Below, one piece after another: positions 55,661 through 64,000 of a stretch of DNA of 64,000 bases. The DNA is taken from positions 59,210,001-59,274,000 of the forward strand of contig OX597814.1 in NCBI GenBank assembly GCA_951406725.2. Reading direction: 5' to 3'. Position numbers and translations under genes: made by a program. The stretch is from Octopus vulgaris. Taxonomy: Eukaryota. The notes under the pieces are model-generated. The model searched no databases and had not been told where the DNA came from. It saw only the letters and a program-made list of their open reading frames with translations. Each line of letters begins with the position of its first letter. Position 1 is the stretch's first letter.

Positions 55661-56480
55661 TATAATTGATCAAATATTTGACCAAAGCCAATTCCATGCT
55701 TAAAACAAAATTACAATAAATTAAGACTTTATCTTGTATGGTGTCTGGTGTGCAGTTGTTCGAATTTGTAATCGTTAATCAATTTGGTTCCGTTATTGGA
55801 ACAATATTGGAGTACCACCTTGAAGGTTTTAGTCAAGCAAGTTGAATTCAGTACTAATTTTTAAGCCTTGAACTTATTCTATCAGAGGCATTTGTCGAGC
55901 CGCTATATTATTGGCTTTCTCTCGACTCACTATATCTAGGTTTCAATCCCAGTCATGTCAAATTTCATCACAATTTATCACTATTGGCTAGAAGAACTGA
56001 AGAATAATTGAAATACTGAGGTCGAATGAATTGACTCAACTCCTCCATCAATATCGCTGGACTTTCCTCAAAATCATAAACCATTAGTAAAAGGGGGAAT
56101 ATTTTTAACATCTGTTAATTGCTGGGTGGAGAAATACTGAAGTAGCGTGCTTTCTTGCCATATTCGACATACGCAAAATCATGTTTGCACTGCCATATAT
56201 CTTTTTGTAGCTTGAGATTTTCCCCTACATAACGTTTCTTTATAGCACAAATAAAATAGCCTTCACTCATAATTTTCACAGTATATTTCATCAGGCTGCA
56301 AAATTTATTAAGGTGAAAGTTACTAAAATGCACACATTTATTTATGCATTTCTTTTGTTTTTAAGGTAAGTGACAGGGGTCTTTCATATACTTGGCATAC
56401 AGAGTTGTAACGTTACTACATTCTAATATAGAATTGTTCAACTGCTTATTAAAGCAATGGATCGTTTGTCCAAGAAATAT

Positions 56481-56693
56481 CCTTTTCTACTCTAGGCACA
56501 AGGCCCGAAATTTTGGGGGAGAGGAGCAATTGATTAGATCGACTCTAGTACGCAACTGGTACTTAATTTATCGACCCCGAAAGGACAAAACACAAAGTCG
56601 ATATCATTGGAATTTGAACTCAGAAAGTAAAGCAGACGAAGTACCACAAAGCATTTCGTCTGGCGCACTAGCGTTTCTGCCAGCTCGCTGCCT
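56481..56693 (-). mobile_element. SINE family C, near full length
   Basis: ctactctaggcacaaggcccgaaatttt...ctggtacttaatttatcgaccccgaaagga...gaatttgaactcag...ctgccagctcgc. Confidence 0.8.
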
Positions 56694-57260
56694 TAATTTT
56701 CCAAGGAATATCAATTAAAATGCACACGTTTGGAGAATAAATTAAAATTTCTGATGAAGAAAGTTGTCTCGTCCATTTTAGTTACCAAATACTTTCTGGG
56801 AAGTATTGAATCTGTGTACTCGTAAATTCTGAAGTACTGAAAACGGATCTAAAATGGGACCTTAGAAACCTACTACACCGCCAACAAAATTTCTCCATCG
56901 TTTTCATACATTTAATAATGATTTATAGCTGTTTACATTGTTTTCATTTGCTCACTTTAGTGTGAAATAATTTGTATATAAGCAATTTAGTTAAGAACCA
57001 ATATAAACATTTCTGCGTATACTTCAACTCGCTCTATGAAATTTGCTTGCATACTACTCATATTAATCGCGTTAACTACGCCTAAAATATTTCCTTCAAC
57101 TATTTACTTCTTCACAAAACTGTTTTCTTCATTCTTTCCCTCTTCGTTTGTATGATTCTTTTGGATGTTTGAAATTTATTTTATCTGTCACGAAATACAA
57201 TTTCTCACAAACATACATCCCAAAATATACTCGTAAATATGCACCTATAGTAACGCTGAC

Positions 57261-57666
57261 AAGGAGTGGCTGTGTGGTAAGTAGCTTGCTAACCAACCAC
57301 ATGGTTCCGGGTTCAGTCCCACTGCGTGGTACCTTGGGCAAGTGTCTTCTGCTATAGCCTCGGGCCGACCAATGCCTTGTGAGTGGATTTGGTAGACGGA
57401 AACTGAAAGAAGCCTGTCGTATATATGTATATATATATATATGTATGTGTGTTTGTTTGTGTGTCTGTGTTTGTCCCCCTAGCATTGCTTGACAATCGAT
57501 GCTTGTGTGTTTACGTCCCCGTCACTTAGCGGTTCGGCAAAAAGAGACCGATAGAATAAATACTGGGCTTACAAAAAAAAAAGAATAAGTCCCGGGGTCG
57601 AGTTGCTCGACTAAAGGCGGTGCTCCAGCATAGCCGCAGTCAAATGACTGAAACAAGTAAAAGAGA
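57261..57666 (+). mobile_element. SINE family A, full length
   Basis: A-box tggctgtgtgg, B-box ggttcagtccc, internal microsatellite, tail gactgaaacaagtaaaagag. Confidence 0.9.
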
Positions 57667-57696
57667 AAAAAGAGAGAAAGAGAATATATATGTATG

Positions 57697-57758
<62 letters not shown>

Positions 57759-57845
57759 TAATAAGGGTATAAATTGATGTTAATCAATTAAAACCACTGG
57801 CTTAGCGTTTGTCAAAAAATTCGAAGCTTAAAAATTGATACGTAG

Positions 57846-57970
57846 AAAATTTAGAGGAGTGGCCACTAAAGTGGACACGCTATAGGCTAAACATCTTCCT
57901 GGTAATGGCGATTTGACGGCTATGTTTAGAATATAGGGTGTCCACTTTAGTGGTCATTCCTCAAAATTTT
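57846..57970. repeat. Inverted repeat / long hairpin (39-bp arms plus 8-bp inner stem)
   Basis: aaaatttagaggagtggccactaaagtggacacgctata versus tatagggtgtccactttagtggtcattcctcaaaatttt. Confidence 0.9.
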
Positions 57971-57978
57971 GTGTGTGC

Positions 57979-58014
<36 letters not shown>

Positions 58015-58016
<2 letters not shown>

Positions 58017-58464
58017 TCTTTCATTCTTTTATCTTTTTCAGTCATTTCAATGCAGCCATGCTGGAACACCGCCTTTAATCGAGCAAATCGATACCAGGAC
58101 TTATTCCTCGAAAGCCTAGTATTTATTCTATTGGTCGCTTTTGTTGAACGACTAAATTACAGGGATGTAAAAACACAAGCATCGGTTGTCTAGCGATGTC
58201 AGCGGAACAAACACACACACACAAACATACACACACACACGTACACACACACTTACACACACAAACACACACACAAAAACACACACACACACGCACATAT
58301 ATATACGACGGGCTTCTTTCAGTTTCCGTCTGCCAAATCCACTCACAAGGCTTTGGTGGGCCCAAGACTATAGTAGAAGACATTTGCCCAAGGTGCCACG
58401 AGGTGGGACTGAACGTGGAACCATGTGGTTGGTTAGCAAGTTACTTACCTCTCAGCCACTCCTG
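58015..58464 (-). mobile_element. SINE family A
   Basis: Reverse complement of 57261-57666 with a longer (CA)n core. Confidence 0.88.
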
Positions 58465-58563
58465 GTAATATATATATATATATGTATAATCTATACACAC
58501 ACACGCATGCACACACATGCACACTCACACACATAAATATATACAAAGAAAAATAATATATTT

Positions 58564-58601
<38 letters not shown>

Positions 58602-58689
58602 ATCTAGACCAGGAAATACATATATACATACGAAATTACACCCCCATATCCACATATAAATATACATATATATACATACTCTTCACTCT

Positions 58690-59094
58690 CTTTTACTCTT
58701 TTACTTGTTTCAGTCATTTGACTGCGGCTATGCTGGAGCACCGCCTTTAGTCGAGCAAATCGACCCGGAACTTATTCTTTGTAAGCCCAGTACTTATTCT
58801 ATCGGTCCCTTTGGCCGAACCGCTAAGTGACGGGGATGTAAACACACCAGCATCGTTTGTCAAGCAATGCTAGTGGGACAAACACAGACACACAAACACA
58901 TACACACACATACATATATATATACATATATATGACAGGCTTCTTTCAGTTTCCATCTACCAAATCCACTCACAAGGCATTGGTCGGCCCGAGGCTATAG
59001 CAGAAGAACTTACCCAAGATGCCACGCAGTGGGACTGAACCCGGAACCATGTGGTTGATTAACAAGCTACTTACCACACAGCCACTCCTGCGCC
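58690..59094 (-). mobile_element. SINE family A, full length
   Basis: Ends cagccactcctgcgcc; collinear with the other copies. Confidence 0.9.
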
Positions 59095-60525
59095 TAATAT
59101 ATATATATATTTATATACATATATATGTGTGTGTGTTTGTATCCATATATGTATGTAGTTATGTATAAATACGAAGAAAAAATAAGAGATTTTAGAGAGT
59201 GGTTTGTTTATTCTAACAGATAACAATCAGGAAAACATCGAGAGCACAAAGCAGTCATTTAACAATAAGTAACATTGACAAAAAAAGGATAAATTCAAAA
59301 AATGTAATTTTTTTCTTTCTTGCTGGCAAAACTTAAATCTATTATATTTTGTTCATCAAATTATTTTCATACTTCTTATATATGCTACTGTTATATACGT
59401 ATATACACCACACATATAAACATACATTCTTACATAAATGTATATTTATATATATATATCACTAGAAGATACTTACACATCTACTTGTCGTTAGAATCTA
59501 TAAATTGTCATCAATATTTACATTTTCATTCAATCATGTATTTGTTTGTTATCAGTTTTCTATTATAATCTGTCTCTCTCTTTCTCTCTCTTCCTCCATC
59601 TCTGTCTTTTTCTCTCTACATATCTCTCTGCCTCTCATTTTGCATTTCTCACTTTCTCAATTTGCCTGCTGCTTGCTGTATATTTTTCCCTTCTTACATA
59701 CAAAATAATTTGAATAATGACTCTTAAATATGGTACAAATTTATCTATACAACAACATGTTTGATTTCATTTATATTTTTTCATGTGTAAATGTAATATA
59801 ATTCCATACAGAGAAAAAAATGTAATGTATTCAAGAAAATATTTTTTAGTACTCGAAGGTGTTTCACTCAGTGGTTAGGTTTTAAGTATATATTATATGT
59901 AATATAGTTTTCACGAGTGACAGCCACTTTTTTGTTCGATGACACTCCTTTCATAGTATACATAATTATACCATTGAGAATATATTCGTTATGCAACGCT
60001 ACACAATTGGCACAGCTTGCAGGAAAGAAAGCATAAAAAATATATGGATATGTCCAGATAAAAGTTAATTACAACTTTTTTTGTAAGAATGCAAGTTCGA
60101 ATAATTTTTTCGTTTTTATATATATTCTATATATTTTTTATGTGTGTCAGTGTGAATAAAATGACTATGTTCTATGTTTGCCAAAATGGCGAGTAAATCG
60201 ATTATGTATTTTTTGACCAATTTATATTGCTTTTATGTCCACTGCTACGTCGTTCCTAATATACATTTAGGAAGATGTACTGTTTGAGGCATTGGTTACA
60301 GGAAATCTCAAACTATAAATGGACGGCCGTATTATATTATAATACACTTATACAACTCCATAAATTGATAATATATCTTATATCGGAAAATAGAATTAAT
60401 CTAATATAACGATCTCTAGATCTTTATCTTCATGGATACAATCGATCAGTTTTATCCACTAAAACATATACGCGCAACTACTTACACACTCACAGAGAGA
60501 GAGAGAGAGAGAAAACATACGTACG

Positions 60526-60661
<136 letters not shown>

Positions 60662-60666
60662 TATAT

Positions 60667-61176
<510 letters not shown>

Positions 61177-62203
61177 GTATACATGTATGTCTTCTTACGC
61201 ATACATCTTTGTATATGTGTGTGTGTGTATGTAGCAAACAAGGCTATATTCTAATGTAATCATGTTTATAAAAGTTTTACCTTTATCAGCGTTTTCAAGC
61301 TATACCAGCAGCATATTTTAGATGCTGAGTGCTTCCAGCGTATATTCTGGTTAAACTTTGATCGTTAATGTGTTCCTGCTCTATGTCACTAGTTTTGCAG
61401 TTGCCACGTGCTACAACACACATCCCTAATGACGTAGAATTAAAATGCTTTTATGCTCAAGTTCTGTCAGGAAAATCTATACAAATATATGTCTTCAGTT
61501 ATAAAGGAATAAAGAGCAAAGCCCCCAAATACTGATAAGTATGATGTGATAGTTTGCAATGTAAATAAACTTGAGAAATTTGTTTTTCCGAACGGTTTAT
61601 ACATGTTTCATGTAGATACGATAAAGCGTCCTGTTTTCAAAATATCTCTAAACGAAATAATGGCATTAACATGTACAATTATATTACACGCAAGCACATG
61701 TGTATAAACTGACAAGTAAATGAAAGGAACGCGTGACCAAATAAGAACAATTCCTAAACTCATTAAGAGAGTACAATCGTTCCAAGTGTCCAAGATGACA
61801 ATCAACGATAAAACTAGTTGTACAACTGAGGTAAGTACGACTAGAAACCAGGTATGCGGGAGGATTTTTAATACTAGTTTTTCATCTAGTCAGGAATTCT
61901 CACGGAAAGTTCAGATCCATCACTGTCACAGGTTTACAGAGCTGGGACCCTGACAGACACTACTACTCTGGGTGGAGCAGACTTGGAACAAGATTTCCCA
62001 CGAGCTTGTTCCACACTCCACAAAACTCTGGAACTCCCGTACCATTACCGGATGCAGTTTGATACCCACTTGCAAGGTATATTCGCATATGCATATGTTC
62101 ATACTGACCTATATAAGTATGTACACATATGCACATAATACACACATGCGCACATACACAAATGCATATGTGTGTGTGTATAATATATCTGTATATATAT
62201 ATG

Positions 62204-63262
62204 CAAAATAAGCAACAAGAATGACTCCGGTAATTTGGTACGATCGTTTCACTCTCTTTTCTTAATATATAATTAATCTAAGATATGTTTACCTAACTAA
62301 TTAACTTTTATCCTCAGGTAGTAAATTTTATCCGCAATAAATCCTATTTTTTAATTCATTAACATCAACTCACTATCCATGAAATTTGAATAATTTACTC
62401 TTCTAAATCACCTCCCCTCATATCATAAAATATCACATTCTTCTAAATCTTCTTTCTATGATTTTCCCTCTTCAATCTTTCTCATTATATATTTTGACCC
62501 ATAATACGTTCACTTGATTAATAAGTCTTTTCCCCCAGTTAATAAGTACTATGCCTACTCATAATAAGTGATAGTCTTTTTCTCCAAATTGAGTAAATTT
62601 TAGATTTATATTTTTTCCTTTATTCGATAGACCAACTGTTGTGTTGATATGCATAGGGTTTGTAAGGTCTTTGCACTCTCTGTGAATGTGATTGTGACCA
62701 CTTGACATTGACATAGTTCTCCAAATGCCGAATCTGTTCATCAAATAGTAGTAATTGGCATTTAGTAGTGACAATGCTGTCTTACACATAGATTCCTTAT
62801 ATGGAAATCTGAAACCCCCTTTACCCCATTTCTATAATTAGAATATCTTTATTGTCTCACTCAACTTATTCTTCCCTCTCACAACATTACAGTAGTTTGG
62901 ATCAACCAAATATTAGTCAGTCAGTTGATGGGCCCCACTACCCCAAATGTTCTTAAAATTTAAATCCACATCTTTATCTATATATCTACCTTCTCTATAA
63001 TGTTGCCACTTGATATGAACATTTTTGTATTAATGGAAAACCTCTATAATTGGCTGATGAGTACTCGTCATTTTAAATCTGTTGTAATACTTACAACATT
63101 TAATAAAATGATGTAGTACGAAACGATCGTACCAAATTACCGGAGTCATTCTTGTTGCTTATTTTGATTATAATCACCCCACGGATTTCTATGGATAACA
63201 CCATACAAAATTCCGGTGCATCTAAATTAAGTACCATATTCATTTGAATCTAACTTTTTGCT
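62204..63262 (+). mobile_element. Penelope-like non-coding element with a 5' inverted segment and hammerhead ribozyme, between (TA)n tracts
   Basis: 62204-62250 is the perfect reverse complement of 63120-63166; HHR at 63046-63138; TA repeats at both ends. Confidence 0.75.
63046..63138 (+). ncRNA. Type-I hammerhead ribozyme with extended stem II
   Basis: Stem I taattgg/ccaaatta; CTGATGA (63054-60); stem II gtact..cgtcatttta..tgttgtaa-tac-ttacaaca..taaaatgatg..agtac; GAAAC; palindromic stem III ACGATCGT; GTA cleavage triplet (63129-31). Confidence 0.85.
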
Positions 63263-63281
63263 GTATATATATATGTTTATG

Positions 63282-63353
<72 letters not shown>

Positions 63354-63392
63354 CTATACATGAATATAATACATCTATCTATCTATTGATAG

Positions 63393-64000
63393 ATAAGTTT
63401 CTTTATTGGCCACACAGGGCTGCACACAGATGGGACAAGTTACAAGGTAGAGCTTTTCTTTTGGGGGATGAAGAGAACAAAAAACAAAAGAAAAAAAAGG
63501 GGGTGGCGTAGGTTTTCGATCAAGAGGGATCGTAAAAGGGAAGAAAAGAACAAAAACAAAAAAAATGAATAAAATAAAAAGAATAAAAAGAAAATAAAAG
63601 AAAAGGAAAAGGAACAAAAGGAAAGAGAAATGAAAAAAGAAGAAAAAAGGGGAAAAAAAAGGGAAGAGGAAAAAAAGAACGATCAATAGGGATCGTGTAT
63701 CACAGTGTTATGATATATGGTGTAAAGGGGAAAGCAAGTAAGGTTTATCCGTGGGAAGAAAAGCCTACGAAAAAGACCACGGTAACCTTGGTCAATATTG
63801 TTATATGTTACCACATTTGTTTGCAAGTGGGTAACCCTCTGTTTTCAATTTCTGGGTTCATAGGATTATGCTCAAGGTGGCTTCGTCATTCATACGTGCC
63901 ATCCTTGCTACATTCACCCATCTTTTTTTTTAAACATTCGCTAGACAAAACTTGCCTCTCTACTCTCACTTTCCTTTTCAAGTGGTACTTGAAGAAGTTG
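63393..64000 (-). mobile_element. 3' end of an L1/Tx1-type LINE, continuing beyond the window
   Basis: Minus strand NFFKYHLKRKVRVERQVLSSEC..KRWVNVARMARMN, homologous to 50544-50650; pyrimidine-rich 3' UTR ending ggccaataaagaaac. Confidence 0.8.

Noticed and set aside
61720-62070. Short ORFs containing STKLWNS (CR1/L2/Jockey C-terminal-like)
   Set aside because: Single short motif only; probable LINE tail but not supportable as a feature.
62440-63050. Minus-strand frame including ORF 62559-62789 inside the ribozyme element
   Set aside because: Several in-frame stops, no RT or GIY-YIG motifs; partial openness is explained by strand composition skew.

Overview
Eukaryotic, very AT-rich, repeat-saturated animal DNA, intronic or intergenic. 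The SINE families, (TA)n/(AAT)n/(AGAT)n microsatellites and TE mix look like a coleoid cephalopod, most likely Octopus; this is recognition from memory, not a database result. No host protein-coding gene, tRNA, rRNA or CRISPR array can be supported, and most ORF-track entries are microsatellite artefacts. Retroelements: a young 5'-truncated R4/Dong-type RLE LINE with one frameshift inside a (TAA)n array, several decayed L1/Tx1-type LINEs, a Penelope-like GIY-YIG remnant, and at least three tRNA-derived SINE families. DNA transposons: four Tc1/mariner/maT fossils plus mariner 5' fragments, and a MULE remnant. The most interesting signals are four. (i) Hammerhead-ribozyme (HHR) motifs in Penelope-like mini-elements, including an intact type-I HHR with a very long stem II and a perfect 47-bp inverted copy about 870 bp away. 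(ii) A non-coding ~540-bp element found three times, always ending in (AAT)n and once co-oriented in tandem with the Dong LINE, a candidate Dong-dependent site-specific SINE. (iii) Long hairpins and inverted SINE pairs that could be ADAR substrates. (iv) Two polypyrimidine-AG|GTAAGT motifs resembling recursive splice sites.
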